Under the pieces are notes generated by a model. It saw only the letters and a list, made by a program, of their open reading frames with translations. It made no database searches and had not been told where the DNA came from. A DNA stretch of 64,000 nucleotides from a virus, in the IMG/VR virus record IMGVR_UViG_3300006162_000012, positions 3,228 through 67,227 of that record, one strand, 5' to 3'. The first letter of the stretch is position 1; every line of letters starts with the position of its first letter. The translations under genes and the position numbers were made by a program. Of this stretch, positions 8,697 to 18,826 are shown one piece after another.

Positions 8697-9524
8697 CTAG
8701 AGAGTTACGATTGAAGTTGAAACGCCCGCAGGTCGCGGGAGGATGCCCGACTGCTGGACGATGGCCAGCTCGACAGGCGTCAATTTGAACTTGAAGTTGT
8801 AAGTCATCGTCATAGATCCGAAAGCAGGGATCGATGTGGACGAAAACGGCTCTTGTCCGAACCCATACTCATTCCCGGCCTCTTGGAAACCGAAGAACAA
8901 TGTGCTCACAGGAGCGTTGTTGAATTGAGCCTGGCCGAATGTGTAGGCGTTTCCGGACTCCTGAAATCCGAAATAGCCGCCGAAGGCGTATCCATCTTGG
9001 ACATAAGCATTTCCGCGACCTGGGAAGAGCGTGCGTAAGATCGTATTGATTGATTGCGATGAGTCGCTAGAAATGTTCGCTGCCGCCTTCGCCAGGATCA
9101 TGAAGCGGAACGGCGTGTCAGGGACTAAATACACAGTCGTCAGATTGACGCCCTGATAGAAGGTCCCATTGTTGAAGCCATTGGCGAGGAGGCCGGACTC
9201 CTGAAAGCCGAAGTAGCTTGTCGAAGGAACGTTGAGAGCGCGCGAAACGCCGACGATGCGGCCCCAAAGATCGAGCCCATATCCGAACGCCGTATTGACG
9301 TTCCAAATTGAATCATAAAAATTCGACCAAGTCGGCGTTGGATCGAACGCTGAGTCCCAAGACGTGATGATCGACGTGAGGATCGGCGAATTTGCGTATT
9401 CGCTGAGGATCGTTGTCCAGACATTGAAGAATGCGACGTCCCCAATCGACATGATGCCGATCTGGCCTGTGCCGACAGAATTGCTTCCTGGGCTGGGCGG
9501 AGGCGGATAGGCCGGACCTGTCAT
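8697..9524 (-). CDS. baseplate wedge protein (DUF2612-like)
   Basis: TILSEYANSP, TAFGYGLDLWGRIVGVSR, LPRPAGV motifs; follows the baseplate J gene. Confidence 0.85.
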   Translation of the reverse strand: MTGPAYPPPPSPGSNSVGTGQIGIMSIGDVAFFNVWTTILSEYANSPILTSIITSWDSAFDPTPTWSNFYDSIWNVNTAFGYGLDLWGRIVGVSRALNVPSTSYFGFQESGLLANGFNNGTFYQGVNLTTVYLVPDTPFRFMILAKAAANISSDSSQSINTILRTLFPGRGNAYVQDGYAFGGYFGFQESGNAYTFGQAQFNNAPVSTLFFGFQEAGNEYGFGQEPFSSTSIPAFGSMTMTYNFKFKLTPVELAIVQQSGILPRPAGVSTSIVTL

Positions 9525-10954
9525 AGCGTCGAGACCGCAATATTGGCAGCAGAGATGACGGGGACCTGATTGATATTGACGCTCACTTCAAACAAGTTCG
9601 CCGCAACGCAGGTGATCGTTTCGCTCGATACGCTCTGCGAATTGCTGATGGTGTACGTCCCCACGCCGCCCGTTGTTCCAGTCAACTGGTTGATGATCTG
9701 CGTTCCCGAGACGATCGCGCCGCCAGCATCGAAGAGAAATTGACCAGCAGCCACAGCGCCGGAAGAGGTCGAAGACACGGTCAATACTGAAGCAGCGATC
9801 GATCCATAGACAACAGCGCCCGGCGCGTTGGTCGAACCGACTTGAAGCGAAACAATCTGCGCCCAAGAGCCGAGCGCTGTGACGGTCGTGTAATAGCGCG
9901 AAGCGAAGAGGATCGTCCCGATCTTGGCGCGTGGAAGTCCGTCGCCGCCCGCGTAAGCGGAGATGATGGCGTTCTGGATCAGGGCAGCGGCGTTCGCCGG
10001 AACTTGCGGGCTCGCGGCGATTACGACCTTCATGGCCGTCTGCAAATTGCTAGGCGTTTGGAACGCGACGGAGTATGAAGGATAAGGCGCAACATAGCCA
10101 GCGCTGGTGTCTTGCACAGTCACATAGGTGTTGCCAGTATAGACGCAGCCTGGAGGCTTGCGCGTCCATATTGCATAAGCGATCGCCGAAGCTGCGCCGC
10201 CCAGGACGCAGACATAAACAGAATTGGCTGAGATGGAAACGCCGCCTGTAGTCACGGCGACATTGCTCGGGTTGTCGACCACGTAAGCGTCAAGCACGCC
10301 TGGAACGCTCAACACTGCTCCCTTAATCGCGCCTAAAGTTCCGAGTGCATTTTGCGCCACCGATTGCTGACGGCGAATTTCAAAAGCCGAGGACGTCTCT
10401 GTGTTGTTGCCGAGCACGCCAGCTGCGACATTCGTGATAGAGTTCCATCCTGGAATCGCTTGGTAAATGATCGATAATGCGCCAGCGTTGCAGACCGTCG
10501 GTCCTGACAGGACCGCCGCAAAGGAAAGCGTGATGCTGCCGCCGCTCGGAATGGTTCCTGCCTGAGTGCAAACATACTGGTTCCCATTGATATCTTGCGC
10601 GAGCGCTCCGACAGGGATCACGACGCCTGCTGCGCCGGTGCAAAGCGCCTGGACGACTGTCGGCGCTGCGCCAATGCGTTGAAGAAAATAAATGCGTCCG
10701 AGCGCGTCTTGCATCCGCCCGCTAGAAAAGGCCGGATCGACGAGATTGACGTATTGCAGGAAGTAGCTATTGACGAGCCCAAGGAGCGCCGTCAGGCTAG
10801 TCGCGAGCTGGCCCTGGGGCGTCGCTGGGGAAGGGTTGAGCTGTCCGCCAAAAGCTGCATTGAGGTCAGCATTCACGCCCGCCAGCACAGCCGCCGACGA
10901 AGGCGCGACCGGGCCAGTCGCCGTGAAGGTTAGGGCGGGGACGTTTGTCGCCAT
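9521..10954 (-). CDS. baseplate J-like protein
   Basis: TPQGQLA, GRMQDALGRIYFL, ET...FEIRR, VLSVPGVLDAYV motifs. Confidence 0.9.
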   Translation of the reverse strand: MATNVPALTFTATGPVAPSSAAVLAGVNADLNAAFGGQLNPSPATPQGQLATSLTALLGLVNSYFLQYVNLVDPAFSSGRMQDALGRIYFLQRIGAAPTVVQALCTGAAGVVIPVGALAQDINGNQYVCTQAGTIPSGGSITLSFAAVLSGPTVCNAGALSIIYQAIPGWNSITNVAAGVLGNNTETSSAFEIRRQQSVAQNALGTLGAIKGAVLSVPGVLDAYVVDNPSNVAVTTGGVSISANSVYVCVLGGAASAIAYAIWTRKPPGCVYTGNTYVTVQDTSAGYVAPYPSYSVAFQTPSNLQTAMKVVIAASPQVPANAAALIQNAIISAYAGGDGLPRAKIGTILFASRYYTTVTALGSWAQIVSLQVGSTNAPGAVVYGSIAASVLTVSSTSSGAVAAGQFLFDAGGAIVSGTQIINQLTGTTGGVGTYTISNSQSVSSETITCVAANLFEVSVNINQVPVISAANIAVSTL

Positions 10955-11310
10955 CAGAAAGACGCCACGCTGGTCGTGCCGGTTTTATTGGTCACTTGAA
11001 CTTGCCCCATCAAAACTCGGTTGACCCATGAAGTGAAATATACCGAAGCAGCGACTGCGCCCGGCGCGAGCAAGGCGGCGCGGATCATATAGGCGCGCAC
11101 AAGGCTCAAGGGCGGATTGTGCCCGAGCACGCTCTGCCAATAAGGGACGCCGCGTCCAGTGTCGTAGTATGCCTCGCCGACGAACAACTTGATCTCGCAC
11201 GCCGCATCTTGCGCAATGGCGTAGGGCGCGCTGGCTACGGCGATGTTGCCGCTGATGTCGAGCGCGATGTCCCATGCGGCTGTGTCGAGAAGGAGGGATT
11301 GGCTGCTCAC
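10954..11310 (-). CDS. baseplate wedge/sheath initiator (gp25/W-like)
   Basis: LLLD..WDIALD.SGNIA, F.GE.YYDT.RGVPY; lies between the spike and J genes. Confidence 0.75.
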   Translation of the reverse strand: MSSQSLLLDTAAWDIALDISGNIAVASAPYAIAQDAACEIKLFVGEAYYDTGRGVPYWQSVLGHNPPLSLVRAYMIRAALLAPGAVAASVYFTSWVNRVLMGQVQVTNKTGTTSVASF

Positions 11311-11942
11311 GCGTAACGCGCCTTGGTGTTGATTGAAGGCCCGGAGATTGTATTCACAAAATCATAGGATCCTGTCACGCCGTCACCGCCCAGGAAGATG
11401 AAATTTCCCGCCTTCGGCTTGATGTAGACCTTGTCAGATTGCATCCGGATGACATTTCCGTTTACGTCGTGGATCTCGACGAAGTTAGAGCCGAATTGAA
11501 TGTACTGAACCGGAGTCGCCGGATTGCTCATCGCGGCGTGATAGACGCCATCTGCGAGATCGTGGCGACGGAAGGAGCCTGCATTCGACTCTGCGCCGTT
11601 ATTCGCCTTGAGGGCGGAAATGTCCCTGTCGCTGACGACGAGGTGACCGATGTCGCCGACGACTGGATCGTTGATAATGGCGCTACCGCCGCCTTGGTTG
11701 CGGGCGACCGGGATGCCGAAGACGGTTCCGTGAGACGAGGCTGTCCCGGTTCCGTCCATCTGCTTAATCATCACTTGAACGTCGACTGTCGGCGCAGCGC
11801 CGACGCCGCCGCCGTGAACGGCGATAATCTTGACAGGGACGCTCGTGCGCACATGCGAGAGCGCCTGCTGCACCAAGAAGTTGATTTGGTGATAAAGGCT
11901 CGCGCTGTCCGTTAGTCCGAGCTGTCCGGCGACGCCGCTCAT
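11307..11942 (-). CDS. baseplate central spike (Gp138/gpV-like)
   Basis: QGGGSAII.DPVVGDIG, DRDIS, RRHDLADG motifs. Confidence 0.85.
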   Translation of the reverse strand: MSGVAGQLGLTDSASLYHQINFLVQQALSHVRTSVPVKIIAVHGGGVGAAPTVDVQVMIKQMDGTGTASSHGTVFGIPVARNQGGGSAIINDPVVGDIGHLVVSDRDISALKANNGAESNAGSFRRHDLADGVYHAAMSNPATPVQYIQFGSNFVEIHDVNGNVIRMQSDKVYIKPKAGNFIFLGGDGVTGSYDFVNTISGPSINTKARYA

Positions 11943-12817
11943 GCTGGGTCCTGATTTCCTTTGGCCAATGTCGCCTCCATCGTCTGAAACCAGCGTCCAT
12001 GCGGCATCAGCGATTCAAGCTCATAAACAATCCGCGTCACCATCCAGGTCCCATTCGCCGGAGTCAGCGAGCTTTGCACCTGGATTGTTCCGTTGACTTT
12101 CACGGCAGGATTGAATTGCGACTTGACAATTATGCCAGCCTGACGGAAGGCCGGATAGCCCACCATCGGCGGCATCGACGTCGGCGAGATCATCGGGGAC
12201 GATCCATTGCGCGGCGTCCCAGCGGGACTGATCGCCAGAACGCCCTTGTCGACCACCATCTCGATGTTCGCGTGCTTAGCGATGCGGACCGCCTGTGTCC
12301 AGGGCGACCCTGGATAATAGGGATTGACAAGCTTGACGTTTACGCCATTGTTCTCCAGCGTGAGGCCCATTTGACCCGCCAACTTTCCCATCATTCCGGC
12401 GACGTCTTGCGAGCCAGGCAGCGAGATCGGTGGAACCGGCTCAACAGCCCAATAGCCGCCGCCCGGAACTGCTGAAATGCGGAAGCACACTTGCGGCATC
12501 GCTTGGGCGTCCACGAAGGCATTATGGATCAACCCTTGGAACACCAACGTCTGTCCGCTTTGCGCGTCACCTGCTTGAACTGAGATCTTGTTCTTGTCTT
12601 GTTGATCCAACTGCGTGCCGACCGTGCTCATTTGATTCATGAGCGTGAGCGGGAGGCCGTAGATCGCGAGTTCCATATTCCCCGACGAAGCGCCGCCGAC
12701 AGAAATGATCGTCGCCGACATGCGTAAATTGGCGATCGTCGTCGTGTTGCCGCCGCCCGAGAACTTCCCTGCGGCGAGATCGAGCGTGACCGTCAGAAGC
12801 TTATTCGTGAACGACAT
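11939..12817 (-). CDS. baseplate hub protein
   Basis: IYGL...MN, VQAGD, MVGYP, W.VTRIVYELES motifs; synteny. Confidence 0.8.
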   Translation of the reverse strand: MSFTNKLLTVTLDLAAGKFSGGGNTTTIANLRMSATIISVGGASSGNMELAIYGLPLTLMNQMSTVGTQLDQQDKNKISVQAGDAQSGQTLVFQGLIHNAFVDAQAMPQVCFRISAVPGGGYWAVEPVPPISLPGSQDVAGMMGKLAGQMGLTLENNGVNVKLVNPYYPGSPWTQAVRIAKHANIEMVVDKGVLAISPAGTPRNGSSPMISPTSMPPMVGYPAFRQAGIIVKSQFNPAVKVNGTIQVQSSLTPANGTWMVTRIVYELESLMPHGRWFQTMEATLAKGNQDPA

Positions 12818-12818
12818 A

Positions 12819-13139
12819 TTAAGTCGACGGGTAGTTGGCGGTGATGTCTGCAGGGGCGAGATACATCAGCGTGTACTGCGCTCCTAGGCCTGTGTAGTAA
12901 GGATCAGTGCTGGCGATGTTGTCGATGAACATCAAATCGCCTGAGAAGCCTAGATAAGGCGAGATCACGATGTACCGCTTATTGAGCGCCAGGACGCCTG
13001 AAACGATGATGGAGTTGTTTACGTAAAGATCGACGAAAAGTCCCGACCATTTCTGATAGACGTTGATCTGGCAATTTTGCGTGCCAAGCGTGACGAACAC
13101 TGTCTGGTTTGCGACAGCTTGAAGCGGGACAGTTTGCAT
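12819..13139 (-). CDS. small baseplate protein
   Basis: PLQAVANQ, YLGFSGDLMF.D, DP.YTGLG..Y.LMY; synteny. Confidence 0.7.
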   Translation of the reverse strand: MQTVPLQAVANQTVFVTLGTQNCQINVYQKWSGLFVDLYVNNSIIVSGVLALNKRYIVISPYLGFSGDLMFIDNIASTDPYYTGLGAQYTLMYLAPADITANYPST

Positions 13140-13143
13140 CGCG

Positions 13144-13773
13144 TCACCATGGCCCAGTCGCGACGCCGTTGGAGGCGACCGTCACCTGGCTCGTCGAGGG
13201 CGTTCCAGGCTGCACAGCTCCGCCAGGAGCTGCAGCGGCGTCGTCAGGAGCGGCTGTCGTGGTGGCGGCGGTAGAAGAGCCATTCGGAGCGACTTGAAGG
13301 CACCAGACGTCCACTTGCAACAATCCTAGGCCGCTTCGAGCAGTGCGGCGGTAATCGTAATGCGTGATCGTCACGCTCGTATAGACGACTTCAGGCGTCA
13401 CAACGTCGAATAGTTGCGTTGTTCCCGCCACAGCAGCCAACGAATTCAACAGCGCGTCCCGAGAAGAGATCGAGCCTGCCGTGAACCGCACACGGACGTC
13501 GAATGGCAAGGCCACTTTGTCGTAGGTGGCGAAGGCCCCTTGTTCGACGGGATAGTCAGACAATGACCATTCCTGCTTATAATCCATTCCGACGACAGAG
13601 TCGGCGACGATGATCGGTGCACCGCCCTGGAAGATGCCCCACTGCGAGGAGAAGCCGAAATAGCCGCTGACGCTGTCAGAAGTAAGGAACGAAAGAGCTT
13701 GCGTGACTGCGCCCGTCGCAAAGGTGACTTGCGGAACACCAGGGACGTTCGGGACGTTGACGGGGAAGGTCAT
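13144..13773 (-). CDS. tail tube initiator/Dit-like baseplate protein
   Basis: SDYPVEQGAFATYDKV, VVTPEVVY motifs; follows the tape measure gene. Confidence 0.75.
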   Translation of the reverse strand: MTFPVNVPNVPGVPQVTFATGAVTQALSFLTSDSVSGYFGFSSQWGIFQGGAPIIVADSVVGMDYKQEWSLSDYPVEQGAFATYDKVALPFDVRVRFTAGSISSRDALLNSLAAVAGTTQLFDVVTPEVVYTSVTITHYDYRRTARSGLGLLQVDVWCLQVAPNGSSTAATTTAAPDDAAAAPGGAVQPGTPSTSQVTVASNGVATGPW

Positions 13774-15719
13774 GCCTGACCGCTCTGCGCCATCATCGAA
13801 AAGGTCGAACGCGCGAGCGCGTCAGAGATCGCTCCGGCGATGCCATTGGCGTCCGTGGCCTGCGGCGCATTGACGTCGAGGCGCGAGATGTTGATTGAGT
13901 TCGAAGAAGAGCTCGTCGTGACAGGATGTGCCATGCCCATCGTCGAAAGTGAAGCGCCGCCTTGCGGGATGCCGTTCGGCAAGTCCGATCCTGCCCACAT
14001 CGATCCGCCATTTCCTCCCATGCTCGCTGGGAGCCCCGCCAAGTAACGCTGCCGTTCCTGGAGCGCCGCCATTGTGTTCGCAGGGCGTTCGTAATTGCTC
14101 ACGAGAGCTCCGAGCATTTGCTCAGGGCGCATGCCGCTATTGAGAGCTGCCCAAGACTGAGCATAGTCCGGATTTGTCTTCATCTCCCAAATGGCAGCGC
14201 GCGTTTGCTCCGCCACGGTCATGTCTGCAGGGTCTTTTCCGAATTGAGCCTTTATCGCAGCTGCACGGCCCGGGTGCCATTGCGCGATGCCTTGAGCTTG
14301 TCCGTTGTCGCCAGAGCGATCTGCTGGATTGGCCAGGGACTCACCAGAGAAATTCGCGGCGAGCGCGCGGGCGGCGTTGTCGCTCAATCCTTCCGAACGA
14401 GCAGTCTTGTAGACTTCGTTCTGATTTGCGCCCAAATCCCCCTTTGCAGCTTTTGCTCCGCCGCTGAACAACCCTGTCAAACCGCCGAAGATCCCGCCGC
14501 CACCGCTGCCATCCGACTTGCCGAATAGCCACTCCCACAAGCCGCCGCTCGACGTGCTCGGGTTGGCAGGCTCGACCACCATCGGGTGGGCGCGGGTGCC
14601 ACGATCTTCCTGAGATCCAGAACTGCCGCCGCCGAACCAGCCCTTGATCGCGGGACCGATCTTGTCGGTCCCCCATTCCTTACCGATGTCAGCGCCGACC
14701 TTGTCTGCACCAGCAGAGAACTTGTTCAGGAAATTGACGAAGGCGTTGTCGCTGACAAACTTGACGATATCAGCGAGCGCCTGCGCGACCGCCACTAAGT
14801 CTTTCGCCAACTCCGCCGCGCCGTTGCCGACTGACACCCAATCGATCGTCGCCAGCCACTTGGAGAATTGCTCGACGTACTCATTGACCTTAGAGAGGAT
14901 AAGTTCTCGGTTCGCCTGCAGCCATTTCGACATCTGTTCAAGAAGCGGGACAATGACCGGAGAAAGGTTCGAGACGATCGCGTTCCCGAGCGAGATCGCG
15001 TTCTGCTGAAGAGTGACCCAAGCAGCAGAAAGGTCCTGCGCGGCCTTGATCGCGCCGTTCGATTGCGCGAGCTTTTTGGTCTCCTCGACGACCTTCCCGA
15101 TGCCTGCGCCATACTTGAACATCAAGTTGGCAGTCGATTCATCAATGCCCATGCCTTGGGCGATGAAGTAGGCCCTCGTCGGATCGACGTCATAGAGCGC
15201 CTTCAGCGCCGCCGCCGTGTCGCTCAAAAACTTCGCCGCGCCGTGCTCTGTGTCAATCTTGAAATTCGTGGCCGCTTGCAGGCGATAGAATTCGTCCGGA
15301 AGGGCCTTGCCGTTCTGGTGAAGATCGTAGAGCGCCTTGGCGATTGTCTTGAATGATGCTTCAGCGTCTTTGCTCGATCCGCCGACGCGCTCGACTGCCA
15401 TGCCCCAAGCGGCGATCGTCTGCGACGACTCACCCATGTTGTCGGCGAAGCGCCCGAGCTCCGCATTGGCGCCAGTGATGCCTGCGACAAACTCCTTGAT
15501 GCCGCGAGCGCCCAATAGAATGGCGAAGAAGCCCAGAGCCTCGTTGCGCAGCTTGGTGAAGCTGTCGGCGAGCTTCTTGGTGCTTTCGTCGACGTCTTTC
15601 GTCGCCTTGACTGCCGCCTGCTTCGTTTTGTCGAAGGCGCTGATCGCAGCAGCTTTACCCTTGTTGAACTGGCTGTCGTCCAGCTTGAGCGTGACAACGA
15701 GTGAGTCGATGATGTTCAT
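13770..15719 (-). CDS. tape measure protein with C-terminal phage-tail-lysozyme-like domain
   Basis: IIDSLVVTLKLD N-terminus, Ala-rich helices; ES..NP..GDNG.A.GIAQW...R and YERP motifs. Confidence 0.85.
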   Translation of the reverse strand: MNIIDSLVVTLKLDDSQFNKGKAAAISAFDKTKQAAVKATKDVDESTKKLADSFTKLRNEALGFFAILLGARGIKEFVAGITGANAELGRFADNMGESSQTIAAWGMAVERVGGSSKDAEASFKTIAKALYDLHQNGKALPDEFYRLQAATNFKIDTEHGAAKFLSDTAAALKALYDVDPTRAYFIAQGMGIDESTANLMFKYGAGIGKVVEETKKLAQSNGAIKAAQDLSAAWVTLQQNAISLGNAIVSNLSPVIVPLLEQMSKWLQANRELILSKVNEYVEQFSKWLATIDWVSVGNGAAELAKDLVAVAQALADIVKFVSDNAFVNFLNKFSAGADKVGADIGKEWGTDKIGPAIKGWFGGGSSGSQEDRGTRAHPMVVEPANPSTSSGGLWEWLFGKSDGSGGGGIFGGLTGLFSGGAKAAKGDLGANQNEVYKTARSEGLSDNAARALAANFSGESLANPADRSGDNGQAQGIAQWHPGRAAAIKAQFGKDPADMTVAEQTRAAIWEMKTNPDYAQSWAALNSGMRPEQMLGALVSNYERPANTMAALQERQRYLAGLPASMGGNGGSMWAGSDLPNGIPQGGASLSTMGMAHPVTTSSSSNSINISRLDVNAPQATDANGIAGAISDALARSTFSMMAQSGQA

Positions 15720-15722
15720 GGA

Positions 15723-15959
15723 TCAGCGCTTCCGCTGATTGCGGCGACGGAGCACGCGCGCGTTGTGGGCGTCCACGGAGATCACCTCCAGGATGTCGTA
15801 CAGATCAACGATTGAGAGGGTTGTGCCCAGCTCGCTCATCGTGGCCTTGCCACACGAAATTGCTGTTCCGATGGAGCGCGGGACATTGGGGTATTCGAGG
15901 AGTCCGTCGGTCGGGGCGACGTCGCTGACGTCGAATTCGATGAGCCGACGGGCGTAGAA
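15723..15959 (-). CDS. -1 frameshift extension of the tail assembly chaperone (gpGT-like)
   Basis: open -1 frame FYARR..ATMSELGTTLSIVDLYDILEVISVDAHN.. entered at slippery heptamer A-AAT-TTT (15965-15959); stops 4 nt before the TMP start. Confidence 0.75.
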   Translation of the reverse strand, partial: FYARRLIEFDVSDVAPTDGLLEYPNVPRSIGTAISCGKATMSELGTTLSIVDLYDILEVISVDAHNARVLRRRNQRKR

Positions 15960-16345
15960 AAATTTAGGTGGATGTTTATCACCTCCATGCGGAGGGTCAA
16001 AAGAGTGCGCACTTCCTCGATGTCGTCTTCAATCAACGGGCGCGTGAGCGAGGGATTGCGAGGGTCCGGCTTGACCGTCACGCATCGCAACATCTCCGCC
16101 ATCAACGGCTCGATGTCTGAGTAGTTGGCCGACATCAGAGCCTTGATGCCAAGGACCGCCACAGCTTGCATCCCGGAACTGATGGCGCTGTCGTCGATAT
16201 CTACGCCGCCGCGCGCCGCCGCTTGCAACGCCTTGACGGCCCAACGCTCCGCTTGGAGCGCCGACATCTCGGTGATGTGGAAGACCTTACCCTGATCACG
16301 GCCTTCGTCTGTGACCGTGAAATCAATCTCGCGCCTGCTGCCCAC
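15836..16345 (-). CDS. tail assembly chaperone (gpG-like)
   Basis: GRDQGKVFHITEMSA..AERW, DDIEEVRTLLTLR; lies between tube and TMP genes. Confidence 0.85.
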   Translation of the reverse strand: MGSRREIDFTVTDEGRDQGKVFHITEMSALQAERWAVKALQAAARGGVDIDDSAISSGMQAVAVLGIKALMSANYSDIEPLMAEMLRCVTVKPDPRNPSLTRPLIEDDIEEVRTLLTLRMEVINIHLNFSTPVGSSNSTSATSPRPTDSSNTPMSRAPSEQQFRVARPR

Positions 16346-16375
16346 TCAATGCCTCCATGAGTGTGAGAAGAAAAC

Positions 16376-16822
16376 TTAGTGGCCGGTCGATGAGATCGGC
16401 GAGGGGACGATGCTCTCCCATGTGATTTCATAGATTCGGGGTTGCAAGACGCGCTTCGCGTTCGACGTCGAAGGGTAGGTGGTCAACAATCCGTTGTTCA
16501 GCGAATAGGTCTTGTTGACGGAAGGAAGCGTGACCGTGGCCGTGGCGAAGTAGACGTCGACAATTTGTTTTTGCGACTTCCACCACGTTTCAAAAATGAA
16601 GTTGCTGGGCGAGTCTGCCTGAAGCGCGATCTTCATCTTGACAGGAACGTAGATGAAGCCGCCCGAAAGCGTTCCGTCCACGCCCATCATCACCTCCGCC
16701 GCCTCCAGCGGATCGATGTCGAAGATGTCGTCGGCGGCGAAGCCCTGAAGCTGCTGAGGGACAGGGAAGATCGAGTTGACCCCCAGCATGAGAACGGCAT
16801 TGGCTGAAGTGATCGAAGCCAT
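16376..16822 (-). CDS. tail tube protein
   Basis: ITSANA, LQGFAADD, MGVDG.LSGG, LQADSPS; follows the sheath gene. Confidence 0.85.
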   Translation of the reverse strand: MASITSANAVLMLGVNSIFPVPQQLQGFAADDIFDIDPLEAAEVMMGVDGTLSGGFIYVPVKMKIALQADSPSNFIFETWWKSQKQIVDVYFATATVTLPSVNKTYSLNNGLLTTYPSTSNAKRVLQPRIYEITWESIVPSPISSTGH

Positions 16823-16849
16823 TTGAGGAACCTCGTTGTTGTCTGGCTA

Positions 16850-18796
16850 TCAGACGAGTTCGATGGAATTGAGCGTGATCTGCTGGACGGACTGGCCGTC
16901 AACATACCAGAAGTTGAACGGAGGAGTTCCGCGCGCTTGGCGCACTTGCGGCGTGGCTGCGAGCACCTGAACATACCACCCGCGCTGCGAGAGCACATCG
17001 TCAATGCGGTAACCCGCCGCCGTGTTGACTTGGATCGCCTGAGACGAAGAGAGCGGCACGCCTGCACGGATCGCACCGAAGGTGAGCGCCTGATTGATCG
17101 TCGTTAGAAGCGCTGCCTGCATGATCGCATAACCCGCCGCGTTGTAGGGGATTGAGTTGATGTTCTGCAACATCAAGATCAATGCGAGCTGGAACTGGTT
17201 GTTGAGCCAGATTTGATTGATCAGCGAGTCCAACCACAGGAAATTTCCGGTCGCTTGGCCGTTGTAGAAGAAGATCCAGCTTTGATTCGCCGTTGCGTAG
17301 GCGCCATAGAAGTTGTAGTTGTTCGCGATGAGGTTCGCGGCGACTTGCTGATTGGTGACCGTCGCCGGGAGGCCCGCTTGCGATCGGAAGGCGAAGGTGA
17401 TGCGCCCATTGACAGCCGAAAAGTTGACCGAGGCGATCGAACCGGCGACGAAGGCCGCGATGCCGACATTGCTCGGATCATAGATCGGGCACACGCCATA
17501 ATAGTTGAGGCCATTCGGCCCGCAGATGTAGCCCAAGCTCGCCGTCGCGGCGTTGGAGGCTGTCGGCGTGACGTCGGAGTCCCAAGCGATGTAGACATAG
17601 CGGTTGTTTTGCAAGCTCGTCCAAGCGGCGAACGCCTGCTTTTGGACGTTGCCGTTGCCGTCGTCCGGATCGAACACTGTGAAGAAGCTCGCCCAGTTCT
17701 GCGTGACGGCGATCAGGCCCGTCATGAAGGTCGAGGGCGATTGCGCGATCGAGCCTTGGCTGAGGACTGCGCCGGTCGCAGACGTCAAGTTGAGCGACGC
17801 CGAAAGAGTGCCGGTCGCATAAGCGATCGTCGAAGCTGCGCCGGTGATGCCCGACGTGAAGAACAGCGAGCCGCTCACGGAATCATAAGTAACTGTGATG
17901 TTCGTCGCGGTGAAGGTCAGCGTCGTAGAAGAAGCAGTCTGTGTCGGCGAGACGTAATAAGTGCCTGTCAGGCCGACGCCAGTGCCGAGCTGAGTTACGA
18001 CGGTGCCAGCGGTGACGCCGGTTCCGGTCACGGTCTGTCCGACAGAGACAGTTCCGGAAGTGACCGCCGAGACCGTCAAGATGCCGCAGCTCCCGGAAAT
18101 TGCCGTGGAGACGACTGCCTGGATGATCGAAACGGCGTAAGTTCCCGCTGCGCCAGCGACGCCCGAAAGCTGCGCCAGCACCTGCGTGCCTGCAGTCACG
18201 CCTGTGCCGGTGATGATCGTCCCGATGGCGAGCGTGCCCGTGACCGTGCCCGTGACAGTCATGACGTCTTCCGCGATCGACGCCGTGAAGCTCGACGTGA
18301 CCGGGGCGATCGCGCCCGTCATCACAGCTTCCGTGGGCTCAGTGGTGTTGAGCGCAGTTTGGATCAGCGTCGCGGCGGCGGTGTAGCTCGTGGCCGAAGA
18401 AAGATTGACAGAAGCAGCGGTGCGAGGATAGCCATCAACAGTGATGTTGATCGAGCCCGTCAGCGCTTGGATCTGCGCAATCGACAAGCCCGAGATCGGG
18501 CCAGAGCGCAGCCAAGCAGCGACAGACGTTTGTGGGTACTGGGCGATCAACAACGAGCCGGGGAGCTGCGTCGATCCGGTGAAGCCACCGAAATAGATCT
18601 GCGCCTTGAGGTATTCTTGCGAAGTCAGCCCGAAAAACGCGCCGACAGACGCAGCAGTGGCGAATGACTGCACTGTGCCGATCGGCACGCGGTAGCTCTG
18701 GGTGAGCATGATGCCATTGAGAACGAGAGCGCTGCCGCCCGCCGAAATGACGTTCGGAAGGACTTGAACGATTGCTGAGGCAGGAATTGTGGCCAC
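16850..18796 (-). CDS. tail sheath protein (DUF3383-like) with inserted repeats
   Basis: IPASAIVQVLP.V, TQNWASF, YNFYGAYATAN, SIPYN..GY, WYVDGQSVQ. Confidence 0.9.
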   Translation of the reverse strand: MATIPASAIVQVLPNVISAGGSALVLNGIMLTQSYRVPIGTVQSFATAASVGAFFGLTSQEYLKAQIYFGGFTGSTQLPGSLLIAQYPQTSVAAWLRSGPISGLSIAQIQALTGSINITVDGYPRTAASVNLSSATSYTAAATLIQTALNTTEPTEAVMTGAIAPVTSSFTASIAEDVMTVTGTVTGTLAIGTIITGTGVTAGTQVLAQLSGVAGAAGTYAVSIIQAVVSTAISGSCGILTVSAVTSGTVSVGQTVTGTGVTAGTVVTQLGTGVGLTGTYYVSPTQTASSTTLTFTATNITVTYDSVSGSLFFTSGITGAASTIAYATGTLSASLNLTSATGAVLSQGSIAQSPSTFMTGLIAVTQNWASFFTVFDPDDGNGNVQKQAFAAWTSLQNNRYVYIAWDSDVTPTASNAATASLGYICGPNGLNYYGVCPIYDPSNVGIAAFVAGSIASVNFSAVNGRITFAFRSQAGLPATVTNQQVAANLIANNYNFYGAYATANQSWIFFYNGQATGNFLWLDSLINQIWLNNQFQLALILMLQNINSIPYNAAGYAIMQAALLTTINQALTFGAIRAGVPLSSSQAIQVNTAAGYRIDDVLSQRGWYVQVLAATPQVRQARGTPPFNFWYVDGQSVQQITLNSIELV

Positions 18797-18826
18797 AGGA
18801 TGACTCCAGGGTGAGAGGGCGGACCG

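Noticed and set aside
17213-18667. Long opposite-strand or alternate-frame ORFs (e.g. 17213-18667 +, 22886-23983 +, 28528-29904 -, 39046-40356 +, 59550-60527 -)
   Set aside because: They shadow well-supported genes in GC-rich DNA, are Arg-rich, and have no motifs or RBS
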